Counted from the stretch's first letter, positions 37,037 to 47,790 are shown. The stretch: 64,000 nt of DNA from Candidatus Zhuqueibacterota bacterium (GCA_024655945.1 JANLFK010000011.1:22021-86020), one strand, 5' to 3'. The notes: a model not told the origin generated them from the letters alone. Translations and numbers: made by a program.

Positions 37037-38151
37037 GCGACACTACCCAACAAAAGGCGCCCAGGCGCGTGGCGATCATCGGCATCGGGGTGATTGGCGG
37101 CTCGTTGGCCATGGCCGTCAAGCGCAAACTACCAACGGTGGAGATCTTGGCCAGCGATGAGGAGCCGATCGTTGCTCTGGGGAGAGAACTTGGCGCCATC
37201 GACCGAGGGTTCGCCAAGGAAGAGGTGGAGCGATGCGTGGCACAGGCCGACGTCGTGGTGTTGGCGACGCCCATTGCGGAGATCCTGCGCCTCTTGCCAA
37301 GGGTGGCAGCGGCAGTCCGACCTGGCACCATAGTCACCGATGTCGGAAGCAGCAAGCGCACGATAGTACAGGCAGCCGAAGCCGTGTTCCCTTCTGGCTG
37401 CTACTTTGTGGGCGGTCACCCGATGGCTGGCTCGGAACGCCAAGGCCTGCGCGGAGCCGATCCCCTCATGTTCGACAACGCAGTGTGGGTGCTCACGCCG
37501 GCTGCCAAGACCCCTGCGCGTGTGGTGCGTTCCCTGGGCAGCCTCTTAGAGCAGGTTGGGGCCAAGGTGCTCATTGTCAGCCCGCTGTTGCACGACCGGG
37601 TAGCGGCGGCGGTTAGCCACCTGCCCCAGCTTCTGGCCGTGGCGCTGATGAATATGGTCGCCCGGCATCAATCCGACATGCCCCACCTGCTGAAGTTGGC
37701 GGCAGGCGGATTCCGGGACATGACGCGCATCGCCTCCAGTCCCTACCGCATGTGGGCGGACGTGCTTGCCACCAACGTCGAGCAGATCGTGCCCTTTGTG
37801 GACGAGTACATCGCCGAGCTGCAGCGCCTCCGCAGCAGGCTCCTGGCCGGGGATTTGGCAGGAGAGTTCGACAGTGCTGCCCGCAGCAGGCTGTCCATTC
37901 CGCGCGACACAAAGGGCTTTCTGAAGCCCCACTATGACCTCATCGTCCAGGTGGAAGATCGGCCCGGGGTGATTGCGGCGATGGCCGGGGCACTGGCCGC
38001 CGAGGAGATCAACATCAAGGACATCGAGGTGCTGAAGGTGCGGGAGGGCGATGCCGGCAGCATCCGCATGGCCTTCGAGTCGGAGGCCTGTCGCACGCGC
38101 GCCGCGACGCTCATTGGCCGCCTGGGTTACCGGACGCGCAGGGTGGAGTGA
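37033..38151 (+). CDS. tyrA: Prephenate dehydrogenase with C-terminal ACT domain
   Basis: [52 protein letters not shown]. Confidence 0.93.
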   Translation: MSDTTQQKAPRRVAIIGIGVIGGSLAMAVKRKLPTVEILASDEEPIVALGRELGAIDRGFAKEEVERCVAQADVVVLATPIAEILRLLPRVAAAVRPGTIVTDVGSSKRTIVQAAEAVFPSGCYFVGGHPMAGSERQGLRGADPLMFDNAVWVLTPAAKTPARVVRSLGSLLEQVGAKVLIVSPLLHDRVAAAVSHLPQLLAVALMNMVARHQSDMPHLLKLAAGGFRDMTRIASSPYRMWADVLATNVEQIVPFVDEYIAELQRLRSRLLAGDLAGEFDSAARSRLSIPRDTKGFLKPHYDLIVQVEDRPGVIAAMAGALAAEEINIKDIEVLKVREGDAGSIRMAFESEACRTRAATLIGRLGYRTRRVE

Positions 38152-38155
38152 GGCC

Positions 38156-39436
38156 ATGGACCGGGAGATCAGAGGAGGCGGTGCGCTGCGCGGCACGGTG
38201 AGGGTGCAAGGGGACAAGTCGATTTCCCATCGGGCCCTGATTTGTGGCGCCATAGCCGAGGGCCGGACGCACATCCGCAACCTTTGCCCGGGCAAGGACG
38301 TGCAGAGCACGATAGCGTGTCTGCAAGCCTTAGGAGTGCCGATCCGGGTGTGCGGGAGCGAGGCCAGCGTGGACGGCGTGGGCCTGCGCGGTTTGCGGCC
38401 GCCGCCCGCCGTACTCGACGCGGGCAATTCCGGGACGACCATGCGACTCCTTGCCGGCGTTCTGGCCGGTCAGCAGTTTGCCGCCTCCCTCACCGGGGAT
38501 GAGTCACTCCGGCGGCGGCCCATGGCGCGCGTCATCGAGCCCTTGGCCATGATGGGCGCGCGCATCGAATCTATGCCCGGAGGCTTCGCACCGCTGCGCA
38601 TTCAGGGCGGCAAGCTCACGGCCATCTCCTATGCAATGCCGGTTGCCAGCGCTCAAGTCAAATCGGCGGTGCTGTTGGCCGGCCTCTTTGCCGAAGGCAC
38701 AACCGAGGTCGTGGAGCCAGCGCCCACGCGTGACCACACCGAGCGCATGCTGCCCCACTTCGGCGTGGCAGTAAGCGTGGACCGCAGAGCGGTGGCCGTA
38801 CGTGGGCCGGCACGGCTGCAGGGCGCCAGCGTGGAGGTACCGGGGGACATATCTTCGGCAGCCCTTCTCCTGGCAGCGGCCGCGGTGGTGGAAGGGTCCG
38901 CTTTGCGGGTCGAAAAAGTAGGCGTCAATCCGACCCGCAGCGGCCTGCTCGAGGTTTTGAGGAAGATGGGCGCGCGGATAGTTCTCGAAGAACAGGCGGA
39001 GGCCTGGGAGCCGGTGGCCGATCTCCTTGTAGAGGCAGGTTCGCTGCGTGCCGTGGAAATCGACGGTGCGCTTGTCCCGCGCCTGATTGACGAGCTGCCG
39101 GTGCTGGCGGTGGTGGCCACCCAGGCCGAAGGGGAGACTCGCATCCAAGGCGCAAGAGAGTTGCGCGTGAAGGAGAGTGACCGCATCCGGGCTGTGGCCG
39201 CCAATCTCAGGGCCATGGGCGCCGAGGTGCAGGAGCTCGAAGACGGGCTCGTCATCCCCGGACCTCAGAAGCTGAAGGGGGCCGCGGTGGACAGCTTCGG
39301 CGACCACCGCATCGCCATGAGCTTTGCGGTTGCCGGGTTGCTCGCCCACGGCCCGACTGTGATCCGCCACGCCGAGTGCGTGGATATCTCCTTTCCTGGC
39401 TTCTTCGACTTGCTCGAGGAGCTGCGCCGTGGCTGA
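38156..39436 (+). CDS. aroA: EPSP synthase
   Basis: GDKSISHRA, GNSGTTMR, SAQVKSA, RDHTERML, IDELP, LRVKESDRI, DHRIAM. Confidence 0.96.
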   Translation: MDREIRGGGALRGTVRVQGDKSISHRALICGAIAEGRTHIRNLCPGKDVQSTIACLQALGVPIRVCGSEASVDGVGLRGLRPPPAVLDAGNSGTTMRLLAGVLAGQQFAASLTGDESLRRRPMARVIEPLAMMGARIESMPGGFAPLRIQGGKLTAISYAMPVASAQVKSAVLLAGLFAEGTTEVVEPAPTRDHTERMLPHFGVAVSVDRRAVAVRGPARLQGASVEVPGDISSAALLLAAAAVVEGSALRVEKVGVNPTRSGLLEVLRKMGARIVLEEQAEAWEPVADLLVEAGSLRAVEIDGALVPRLIDELPVLAVVATQAEGETRIQGARELRVKESDRIRAVAANLRAMGAEVQELEDGLVIPGPQKLKGAAVDSFGDHRIAMSFAVAGLLAHGPTVIRHAECVDISFPGFFDLLEELRRG

Positions 39437-40307
39437 CGCGCACACCCAGACGCTCGGGCTCATCGGCGATCCTGTGGACCATTCCCTTTCGCCTCTACTG
39501 CATGGGAACTTGATTCACGTCCTTGGCGTGAACTGTTGCTACCATGCCTTCCGGGTGCGCCGCGAGGAGCTGGCCGAGGCTGTGGCCGGGCTAAGGGCGC
39601 TCGGCGTGAGGGGGGTCAATGTCACCATCCCGCACAAAGAGGCGGTCTTGCCGCTGCTGGACGAGGTTTCCCCAGAGGCCCGGGCAGTGGGGGCCGTGAA
39701 TGTCATCGTCAACCAGCAGGGACGACTGCTTGGGTACAATTCGGACACTGCCGGGGTGGAACTGGCCCTGAGGCGGCGTGGGGTGGACGTGCGTGGCTGC
39801 AAGGTCGTGGTACTGGGCGCGGGGGGCGCCGCGCGCGCGGTGGTGTGGGTGCTGGCGCAGATGGGGGCGGCAGCTGTGCACATCCACAGCCGCACACCGA
39901 CCCGAGGAGAACGACTTGCCAGCGAATTGGCCGAATCGTGCGGCAAGACTGAGCTGACCGTGTTCCCGTGGGAGGAAGCTGCTCTCGCCCGGAGTCTGGA
40001 GGGTGCGGCGCTCCTGGTCAACGCGACGCCCTGCGGCATGTGGCCCCGGCATCACGAATCGCCCGTGACGGGCAATTTCCTCGGCAAGGGCATAGTGGTG
40101 TTCGACTTAGTTTACAATCCCCTGCACACTCGCTTGCTGCGGGAGGCGGCAGGACGCGGGGCGCAGACCATACCCGGCCTGGACATGCTCATCTTCCAAG
40201 CGGTGGAGGCGATGGCACTCTGGACCGGCCGCCGTCCGGCAAAGGAGGGCGAATTCATGACCGAGATGCGCACATTTCTCAGCAAGGAACTGCAGGGTTA
40301 TGCGTAG
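39429..40307 (+). CDS. aroE: Shikimate dehydrogenase
   Basis: HSLSP, NVTIPHKE, GAVN, NSD, GAGGAARA, MLIFQA. Confidence 0.95.
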   Translation: MADAHTQTLGLIGDPVDHSLSPLLHGNLIHVLGVNCCYHAFRVRREELAEAVAGLRALGVRGVNVTIPHKEAVLPLLDEVSPEARAVGAVNVIVNQQGRLLGYNSDTAGVELALRRRGVDVRGCKVVVLGAGGAARAVVWVLAQMGAAAVHIHSRTPTRGERLASELAESCGKTELTVFPWEEAALARSLEGAALLVNATPCGMWPRHHESPVTGNFLGKGIVVFDLVYNPLHTRLLREAAGRGAQTIPGLDMLIFQAVEAMALWTGRRPAKEGEFMTEMRTFLSKELQGYA

Positions 40308-41490
40308 ACTGCGGTACTTCACTGCAGGCGAGTCGCACGGCAAGGCACTGGTAGGCATTCTGGAGGGGATGCCCGCCCAGGTGCCGGTGCGCAGGGAGGA
40401 GATTGACCGCCAATTGCGTCGTCGGCAAGCGGGCTACGGGAGAGGCGGTCGCATGGCCATCGAACAGGACCGCGTGGAGATTGTTGCCGGCGTGCGCGCA
40501 GGGTACACCACCGGCGCTCCGGTAGCACTCATCGTAGCCAATCGGGACTGGCAGAATTGGCAGGAGGTCATGGCTGTAGAAGCATGTGGCCAACGACCTG
40601 AGCCGGTGACGGTGCCGCGCCCGGGTCACGCGGACCTTGCCGGTGCCCTCAAGTACGGGCATGCCGACCTGCGCGACGTCATCGAGCGGGCCAGCGCCCG
40701 CGAGACCGCTATGCGGGTAGCGTTGGGAGCGATCGCCGGCGAGCTTCTGGAACAAGTGGCTATTGGCGTGGTCAGCCACGTCACGGCCATTGCTGGTCAC
40801 TGGAGTCGCTGGCAAGCGACGGATGAGACGCCGGCAGCTGCTGGTCGCCGTGCTCTGCAGTGGTGCCGCAGAGTGTGGGCGCAGGCGGACAAATCGCCGG
40901 TGCGCTGCCTGGATCCTGAGGACGAGAAGCGCATGATCGCAGCAATCGATGAGGCACGCGAGGCGGGCGACTCCGTCGGTGGCGTGCTCGAAGTGGTGGC
41001 TGTGGGCGTGCCCCCGGGACTCGGCAGCTATGTGCACTGGGACCGCCGCCTGGACGGGCGCTTGGCCATGGCAGTGATGTCGATTCCCGGCATCAAGAGT
41101 GTTGAGATCGGCCTGGGGTCGAAAGCCGCAGACCTGCGCGGTTCGCAAGTCCACGATGAGATCAGCCCCCGGCCGCGGCGCAGGCTAGCACGGGCCAGCA
41201 ACCGGGCAGGCGGCATCGAGGGCGGCGTGAGCAACGGCCAGCCCATCGTGCTGCGCGCTGCCATGAAACCGATACCGACGCTTGCCCGCCCCTTGCGTTC
41301 TGTGGACTTGCGCGATGGCAAGCCCGAGGCGGCTCTTCGTGAGCGGGCAGATGTGTGTGCGGTCCCGGCGGCTGCGGTGGTCGCAGAGGCCATGGTCAAA
41401 CTGGTGCTTGCCGATGCCATCTTGGAAAAGTTCGGCGGCGACTCACTGCCTGAACTGCTTGCAGCCTATGAGCGCGCCACGGTCCGGTAA
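40300..41490 (+). CDS. aroC: Chorismate synthase
   Basis: TAGESHG, RPGHAD, ERASARETA, SNRAGGIEGG, MKPIPT, RADVC. Confidence 0.96.
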   Translation: MRRLRYFTAGESHGKALVGILEGMPAQVPVRREEIDRQLRRRQAGYGRGGRMAIEQDRVEIVAGVRAGYTTGAPVALIVANRDWQNWQEVMAVEACGQRPEPVTVPRPGHADLAGALKYGHADLRDVIERASARETAMRVALGAIAGELLEQVAIGVVSHVTAIAGHWSRWQATDETPAAAGRRALQWCRRVWAQADKSPVRCLDPEDEKRMIAAIDEAREAGDSVGGVLEVVAVGVPPGLGSYVHWDRRLDGRLAMAVMSIPGIKSVEIGLGSKAADLRGSQVHDEISPRPRRRLARASNRAGGIEGGVSNGQPIVLRAAMKPIPTLARPLRSVDLRDGKPEAALRERADVCAVPAAAVVAEAMVKLVLADAILEKFGGDSLPELLAAYERATVR

Positions 41491-42013
41491 CCTCTACCTC
41501 ATCGGCTTCATGGGCGCAGGCAAGAGCAGCCTCGGCCGAGCCCTTGCCGCACGCCTGGGCATGACCTTTGTCGACACCGACCAGCTCGTCGAGCAACTGA
41601 CCGGACGCCGCATCGCCGACATTTTCGCTCAAGAAGGTGAAGGTCATTTTCGGCAGCTCGAGCGGCAGGTGATCCAAATCGTGAGCAGCCGTAGCGGCCA
41701 GGTGGCTGCAGTCGGCGGGGGCGCGGTCATGGATAGCGAAAACTGGCGACGGCTGCAAGGGAGTGGGACCACCGTGTACCTCGAATGCACCGCCTCACTC
41801 TTGGCCCGCCGACTTGCCGAGGACAGAGTGCGTCCGCTGCTACGGGGACTTGAGGGAGAGGAGCGTTCCCGGGCCATTGCAGGCCTGTTGGCGGAGCGGG
41901 AGCCGCGTTACCGCCAGGCGCAGGTGGTTCTGCGTGTGCACGAAAAGAGCACGACCGAAGCCCTGGTGAGTCGACTGCTGGTGGTGTTGGGGAAACAGGA
42001 TGGAGACGATTGA
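41468..42013 (+). CDS. aroK: Shikimate kinase
   Basis: LIGFMGAGKS P-loop, DTD, GEGHFR..E, GGG, RPLL. Confidence 0.94.
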   Translation: MSAPRSGNLYLIGFMGAGKSSLGRALAARLGMTFVDTDQLVEQLTGRRIADIFAQEGEGHFRQLERQVIQIVSSRSGQVAAVGGGAVMDSENWRRLQGSGTTVYLECTASLLARRLAEDRVRPLLRGLEGEERSRAIAGLLAEREPRYRQAQVVLRVHEKSTTEALVSRLLVVLGKQDGDD

Positions 42014-43094
42014 GGTCAAAGTAGGCACCGGCTCCTACCCGGTGCACGTCGAAATGGGCCTGCTCGCACGGGTGGGGGAACTGCTCGCCCCTTGCCTGGT
42101 GGGCCGGCGTGTTGCGCTGGTCACCGATAGCCACGTGGCTCCCCTCTACGGCCCGCAAGTGAGCCCGAGTCTCCGGGCAGCCGGGGTGGAAGTGACCCAG
42201 TACGCCGTGCCTGCGGGTGAGGCGTCCAAGTCGCTGCGCTCCTGCCAGTGGCTGTGGGGAAAGCTTATAGAGGACCGGCTCGATCGCAGTGCCACGGTGG
42301 TCGCGCTTGGTGGAGGGGTGGTTGGCGACCTGGCAGGATTTGTGGCATCAACGTACCTGCGTGGGGTGCGCTTGGTGCAGATTGCCACCACCCTCATTGC
42401 ACAAGTAGATAGCGCATTGGGCGGCAAGACGGGGATCAATCACCCGGCCGCAAAGAACGTCATCGGGACCTTCTATCATCCGTGCTGCGTGCTCATCGAC
42501 CCGACTGTGCTCGCGACTTTGAAGAGGCGCGATCTGCGTGCGGGATTTGCTGAAGTGCTCAAATATGCCATCGTCGCCCACCCAGCGCTGTTCCAGGTGT
42601 TGCAGGAGAAGTTGGAGGCCTTGCTGAGTTTCCAGGACGAGAAAGCTCTTGCCTGGGTGATCAGTGAATGTTGCCAGGTGAAAGCGCGCATCGTCAGCAG
42701 AGACGAGCGCGAGCAGGGGATGCGGCGGGTGCTCAACTTTGGCCATACCATCGGGCATGCCCTGGAGGCCGCCACCAGGTTCAGGGTGCTCCGTCACGGC
42801 GAGGCGGTGCTCGTGGGCATGCGTGGGGCAGCTTGGCTGTCCGCGCAAAGGGGGCTTTTAGCGGATGAGCAGTTCCGAGCGGTCATCAAGCTCCTGAATC
42901 GGCTGCCGTGCTCAGTGGATCTGTCGCGCGTAGCCCCTTCCGCAGTGATGGAATTTGTCGCTGCCGACAAGAAGCATTATGCCCGGGCGCTGCACTTTGT
43001 GGGTTTGCGGGGCATCGGCTGGCCGCAGGTCATTACCGACGTGACGGAGCAGGAACTCATGGCCGCCATCGCGTATGCCTTGGGCAGGAGGTGA
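42000..43094 (+). CDS. aroB: 3-dehydroquinate synthase
   Basis: GEASKS, GGGVVGD, QVDSALGGKTGIN, LNFGHTIGHALE, HGEAV, DKK. Confidence 0.96.
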   Translation: METIEVKVGTGSYPVHVEMGLLARVGELLAPCLVGRRVALVTDSHVAPLYGPQVSPSLRAAGVEVTQYAVPAGEASKSLRSCQWLWGKLIEDRLDRSATVVALGGGVVGDLAGFVASTYLRGVRLVQIATTLIAQVDSALGGKTGINHPAAKNVIGTFYHPCCVLIDPTVLATLKRRDLRAGFAEVLKYAIVAHPALFQVLQEKLEALLSFQDEKALAWVISECCQVKARIVSRDEREQGMRRVLNFGHTIGHALEAATRFRVLRHGEAVLVGMRGAAWLSAQRGLLADEQFRAVIKLLNRLPCSVDLSRVAPSAVMEFVAADKKHYARALHFVGLRGIGWPQVITDVTEQELMAAIAYALGRR

Positions 43095-43097
43095 CGG

Positions 43098-43553
43098 ATG
43101 AGGGTCCTCGTCCTCCACGGGCCGAACCTGAATCTGCTCGGCGAGCGTGAGCCGCACATCTACGGCACCATGACGCTGCGTGGGCTCAACGCACTCATCA
43201 GGAGGCACGCACGCACCCTCGGTGTGCGGGTCAAGATCGCGCAATCCAACCACGAAGGCCGGCTCATCGACCTCATTCAGCGGCGGCGAAAATGGGCAGA
43301 CGGCATTCTGATCAACCCCGGCGCTCTGACTCATTACAGCTACGCGCTGCGGGACGCCCTCGCAGCGGTGGCGCTGCCGGTAGTTGAGGTGCACCTGTCG
43401 GACATCCACGCGCGAGAGGAGTTCCGACGCGTCTCGGTGATTGCGCCGGTGTGTGTTGCGCAAATTGTCGGGTTGGGAGCCGACGGTTACCTGGGCGGCT
43501 TGGAGGAGCTGGTACGGGTCATCACCGGAAGAGGAAAGCATGCGCAAGATTAG
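43098..43553 (+). CDS. aroQ: Type II 3-dehydroquinate dehydratase
   Basis: [35 protein letters not shown]. Confidence 0.96.
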   Translation: MRVLVLHGPNLNLLGEREPHIYGTMTLRGLNALIRRHARTLGVRVKIAQSNHEGRLIDLIQRRRKWADGILINPGALTHYSYALRDALAAVALPVVEVHLSDIHAREEFRRVSVIAPVCVAQIVGLGADGYLGGLEELVRVITGRGKHAQD

Positions 43554-44394
43554 GCTGGTCATTCCCAAAGGTCGCATCCACAATGGCGTGGTGCAGCTTC
43601 TCACCGACGCGGGCTTTGTCTTGCGGGAAAACGACCGGCAGTACGTGCCGGCCGTCAACGACCCGGAGCTGCAGGTGAAGATTATGAAGCCGCAAAACAT
43701 CGCCCAACTTGTCGAGCTCGGCTCCCACGATTGCGGCTTCACCGGCCTGGATTGGATCGTGGAGACCGGGGCGCAGGTGGAAGAACTCCTGGACCTGCGC
43801 CTGGATCCGGTGAGCATTGTCGCGGCGGTGCCGGCGCAGCTCAAGACCGCAGAGCTGCGCAGCCGCCGTCTGGTCGTTGCCTCCGAGTATGAGCGCATTT
43901 CCCGTCAGTTCCTCAGCGAGCAGGGGTACGACTTTATTCTCCTCCGCACCTACGGTGCCACCGAGGCATTTCCGCCGGAAGACGCCGACATGATTATCGA
44001 TAACACCGCCACCGGCCAGACGCTCCGAGAACACGGGTTGCGCATCGTGGCCACGGTGATGGAGTCTTCGACCCGGTTCATCGCCAATGCCCGCGTCATG
44101 CAAGACGAGCGCACGCGGGAAAAGATCGAAGAGTTGGTGATGCTCTTTACGGCGGTGCTCAACGCGCGCGAGAGGGTGATGTTGGAGATGAATGTGCCGG
44201 CGGAAAGGCTGGAGGCGGTGGTGCGCCTGCTTCCCTGCATGCGAGCGCCGACAATCTCGCAGCTGTACGGAGAGCAGGGGTACGCAGTCAAGGCAGCCGT
44301 GCGCCGCTCTGAGATTATCCGCCTCGTCCCTCTGCTCAAGAAGATGGGTGCCACGGACATTCTCGAGTACGAGTTCAAGAAGGTCATCATATGA
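43540..44394 (+). CDS. hisG: ATP phosphoribosyltransferase (long form)
   Basis: [40 protein letters not shown]-terminal domain. Confidence 0.93.
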   Translation: MRKIRLVIPKGRIHNGVVQLLTDAGFVLRENDRQYVPAVNDPELQVKIMKPQNIAQLVELGSHDCGFTGLDWIVETGAQVEELLDLRLDPVSIVAAVPAQLKTAELRSRRLVVASEYERISRQFLSEQGYDFILLRTYGATEAFPPEDADMIIDNTATGQTLREHGLRIVATVMESSTRFIANARVMQDERTREKIEELVMLFTAVLNARERVMLEMNVPAERLEAVVRLLPCMRAPTISQLYGEQGYAVKAAVRRSEIIRLVPLLKKMGATDILEYEFKKVII

Positions 44395-45446
44395 GCCTCA
44401 TCAAACAGCGGGTGCGGGAGCTGTCGCGCTACGAGGTGCCGCAAGATGCGCAGATGGTTAAGCTCAACCAGAATGAGTTCCCCCGCGACGTGCCGGACCA
44501 ATTCAAGAGGGAAATTCTGGCGCGTTTGGCCGCTGCCTCGTGGCAGCGCTACCCGGATGGAGAGGCAGGGGCGTTGGTGACAGCCATCGCGGCCTATGCC
44601 GGGGTGCCCGCCGAGTGCGTGCTGGTGGGGAACGCCTCAAACGAGCTCATCCAAACGGTGATTTCCGCAACGTGTGAGAGTGGCGACACCATCGTCACCG
44701 TCACTCCTGGCTTTGCCGTTTACAGTCGAGTGGCCCGCATCTTGGGAGCATGTGTACGGGAAGTACCACTTCGGGCGGACTTTAGTTGCGACCCTGAGGC
44801 GCTGGTGGCTGCTGCTCATGGGGCGCGCCTGGTCATCTTCGCCACACCGAACAATCCCACCGGCACCTGGATGGCCGTTTCCGACATCGAGGAGCTGGTT
44901 GCACGGGTGGACTGCCTGGTCTGCGTGGATGAGGCCTACTTCGAGTTCCACGGTGAGACCGCCTTGCCCCTGCTGCGCAGCTACAGCAACCTCGTTCTGT
45001 TGCGCACATTCTCCAAAGCCTTGCGGCTGGCAGGCGCGCGGCTTGGCTATCTTCTGGGGCCGCCGCAAGTGGTGGCCGAGCTGGCAAAGGCGCGGCTGCC
45101 CTTCTCGGTGGGTATCCTGCAGCAGATCGCCGGCGAGGTGATGCTGGCGCACCGCAAGTTGCTGGAAAAGGAGATCCAGGAAGTGGTGTGCCAGAGGGAA
45201 GAGCTCCTGGCGGTGCTGCCGAGCATTTCTGGGGTCCAGGCAGTGCCCTCGCGCGCGAACTTTGTGCTCTTCCGCCACCAGGCCGTGCCCGCGGCGACGC
45301 TTTTCTCTGCCTTACGCCGGCGCGGCGTCTTGGTGCGATCCTTCGGGGACGCCTTGAGCGACTGGCTGCGCGTCACCGTTGGCACTCCTGCCGAGAACCA
45401 GGCGTTCTTGGCAGCCCTGCGGGCTTCGCTTGTGGAGTTGGCATGA
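44391..45446 (+). CDS. hisC: Histidinol-phosphate aminotransferase
   Basis: LNQNE, RYPD, PNNPTG, DEAYFEF, RTFSKALRLAGARLGY, RVTVG. Confidence 0.94.
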   Translation: MSLIKQRVRELSRYEVPQDAQMVKLNQNEFPRDVPDQFKREILARLAAASWQRYPDGEAGALVTAIAAYAGVPAECVLVGNASNELIQTVISATCESGDTIVTVTPGFAVYSRVARILGACVREVPLRADFSCDPEALVAAAHGARLVIFATPNNPTGTWMAVSDIEELVARVDCLVCVDEAYFEFHGETALPLLRSYSNLVLLRTFSKALRLAGARLGYLLGPPQVVAELAKARLPFSVGILQQIAGEVMLAHRKLLEKEIQEVVCQREELLAVLPSISGVQAVPSRANFVLFRHQAVPAATLFSALRRRGVLVRSFGDALSDWLRVTVGTPAENQAFLAALRASLVELA

Positions 45447-46123
45447 AGGCCGTGCTCTTCGATATGGACGGGGTGCTCGTGGAGGTGTCCGGTTCCTATC
45501 GGCGGGCCATCGCGGCGACGGTGGAGCACTTTTCGGGAATGGCCATTTCGCCTGCGCAGATCCAGGCGTACAAGGACGCCGGAGGCTGCAACAACGACTG
45601 GGAGCTGACGCGCCGAGTCTTGCACGACCAGGGCGTGGATGTCCCTCTGCAAGAGATCGTCAGCGTGTTCCAGGAATTCTACCTGGGGCGCAACTTTGAC
45701 GGGCTGATCACCAATGAGCAGTGGCTCTTGCGTGCGGAGGTGGCCATGCGGTTGGCTGGTCGATACGCGCTGGGCGTGGTGACTGGCAGACCCCGCCGCG
45801 AAGCAGCCTGGACACTGCAGCGCGCCGGCATGCAGCACCTCTTTGGCGCAGTGGTGACCATGGATGACCTGCCCTGGGACCGACAGAAGCCCCACCCGGA
45901 TGGCTTGTACCTTGCCTTGGCCAAGTTGGGTGCACAAGAGGGTTGGTACGTGGGCGACACCGTCGACGACATCGTTGCGGCCAGAGCGGCGAAGGTGGTG
46001 CCCATCGCCGTGCTCGCCAACCAGCTGGGAGAAGAAGGCGCAGCCTGCATGGCCCTGCTGCGCGGCCACGGCGCGGCAGCAGTCATCCCGGATGTGAACT
46101 GCATAGAGGAGGTGCTCAGGTGA
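45443..46123 (+). CDS. HAD-superfamily hydrolase, probable histidinol-phosphate phosphatase
   Basis: FDMDGVL, NNDW, VTGRP, KPHPD, GDTVDD; located between hisC and monofunctional hisB. Confidence 0.75.
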   Translation: MKAVLFDMDGVLVEVSGSYRRAIAATVEHFSGMAISPAQIQAYKDAGGCNNDWELTRRVLHDQGVDVPLQEIVSVFQEFYLGRNFDGLITNEQWLLRAEVAMRLAGRYALGVVTGRPRREAAWTLQRAGMQHLFGAVVTMDDLPWDRQKPHPDGLYLALAKLGAQEGWYVGDTVDDIVAARAAKVVPIAVLANQLGEEGAACMALLRGHGAAAVIPDVNCIEEVLR

Positions 46124-46725
46124 AGCGCAGCGCCCGCGCGGAGCGGCGCAGCCGCGAGACTGAGGTTATCGTCGAACTTAGCATCGACGGCAAGGGACAG
46201 GCGCACGTCACAACCCCCATCGGCTTGCTCACGCACATGCTCGAGACCTTTGCCAAGCACGGGCTCTTTGACCTCACCCTCAGCGCCAGCGGCGACCTGC
46301 ACGTGGACCAGCACCACCTGCTCGAGGACTGCGGGCTGGTATTGGGCAAGGCCTTTGCCCAGGCTTTGGGCGACAAGCGCGGCATCAACCGCGCCGGCTA
46401 CTTCGTCTACCCCATGGACGAGGCACTGGCCGTGGTGGCCGTGGACATCGGCGGCCGCCCTTACCTGCAGTACGATGTCCACTTCAGTCGCCAATTTTGC
46501 GGCGACCTCGACTCGGACCTGCTGGAAGACTTTTTCTATGCCTTCGCCGTGCAATTGGGAGGCAACGTGGTGGTACGCATGCCCTATGGCCGCAGCGACC
46601 ACCACAAGATGGAGGCCATCTTCAAGGCCTTCGCCAAGGCCCTCGCCATGGCTTGCCAGGTCAATCCTCGCGCCGCTGGTGAGGTCCCCAGCACAAAAGG
46701 ACTGATCGATGACCGGGATAGTTGA
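46120..46725 (+). CDS. hisB: Imidazoleglycerol-phosphate dehydratase
   Basis: HML, DQHHLLED, PMDEAL, SDHHKMEAIFKAF, PSTKG. Confidence 0.95.
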   Translation: MKRSARAERRSRETEVIVELSIDGKGQAHVTTPIGLLTHMLETFAKHGLFDLTLSASGDLHVDQHHLLEDCGLVLGKAFAQALGDKRGINRAGYFVYPMDEALAVVAVDIGGRPYLQYDVHFSRQFCGDLDSDLLEDFFYAFAVQLGGNVVVRMPYGRSDHHKMEAIFKAFAKALAMACQVNPRAAGEVPSTKGLIDDRDS

Positions 46726-47329
46726 CTATGGCGCCGGCAACCTGCGCTCGGTGAGCGAAGCCCTATCCTACCTGGGCGTGGAGCACCGGCTTGTTCGTGG
46801 CGCGCAGGAATTGGAGCTCGCGGACAGGTTGATCTTACCCGGCGTGGGCTCGTTCGGGCACGCGGTTGAGCACCTCCATGCGGCGGGCCTCTTTGGCGCC
46901 CTGCGGGCCTGGCTGGACGCTGGCCGCCCCTACTTAGGCATCTGTTTAGGTCTGCAGCTGCTGCTGGAGGGGAGCGAGGAGTCGCCCGGCGCAGCTGGCT
47001 TTGGCTTTCTCAGAGGCACATGCCGCCGTTTCCAAGGACGGCGCGTGCCGCAGATCGGCTGGAACAACGTGGAGTTCAAGGCCGACTGCCCTCTGTTCGC
47101 CGGGCTTGTCCCTGGTGAGTATTTCTACTTTGTGCACAGCTACTCGGCCGTGCCTGAGGACACGCTCAAGGTCGTTGGGTGGACCGAGTACGGCATCCGC
47201 TACGCCTCCGCGGTGGGCGTCGGCCAGGTGTGGGCGGTCCAGTTCCACCCCGAAAAGAGCGGTCGAGCCGGCCTGACTGTCCTCAAGAACTGGCTCGAGC
47301 GCTGTGCCGGCGCCGGCCACGGCGGCTGA
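46709..47329 (+). CDS. hisH: Imidazole glycerol phosphate synthase, glutaminase subunit
   Basis: DYGAGNL, PGVG, GICLGLQ, VPQIGWN, YFVHSY, QFHPEKS. Confidence 0.95.
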   Translation: MTGIVDYGAGNLRSVSEALSYLGVEHRLVRGAQELELADRLILPGVGSFGHAVEHLHAAGLFGALRAWLDAGRPYLGICLGLQLLLEGSEESPGAAGFGFLRGTCRRFQGRRVPQIGWNNVEFKADCPLFAGLVPGEYFYFVHSYSAVPEDTLKVVGWTEYGIRYASAVGVGQVWAVQFHPEKSGRAGLTVLKNWLERCAGAGHGG

Positions 47330-47790
47330 AGGGCAGATAGAGGCCTCTCCGTGTCGCTACAAGGCACTGCAGTCGCGTCGCTGACCGCAGAGGGCAGAGC
47401 ATTCGTCGGGGAGCCGCGTGGCTGCCGGCAAGTTCCACCTTTTGCGCACGTACCCCTCTTCTTGCGGCGCGAAGGCCCTTCCGGCATGGGGAGCTGCCCA
47501 CGGATCCCGCCTCATTGCGGCGCATGGCCAACGTGACCAGTAAGCTCCAGGTTGCCCTCCGGTTGCCCTGCATCGAGAAGACTCTCTTCAGACAAGAAAC
47601 GGTGTCCCGCCCTCGAGTTTCCGGCTGAGCAAGTGTTCGGCACCGTCGCCAACCTCGCGCTCCAGCCCCTTGCACAACTGAGCTTGGAAAAGGCCACCTC
47701 GTTGCCGAGACGTCGCGAACGCGCTGCCGGCGCCAAAGCACGCCCCCTACACGACGAACCGCAGCTCCCAGCGCACGTGCCGAAAATTCT

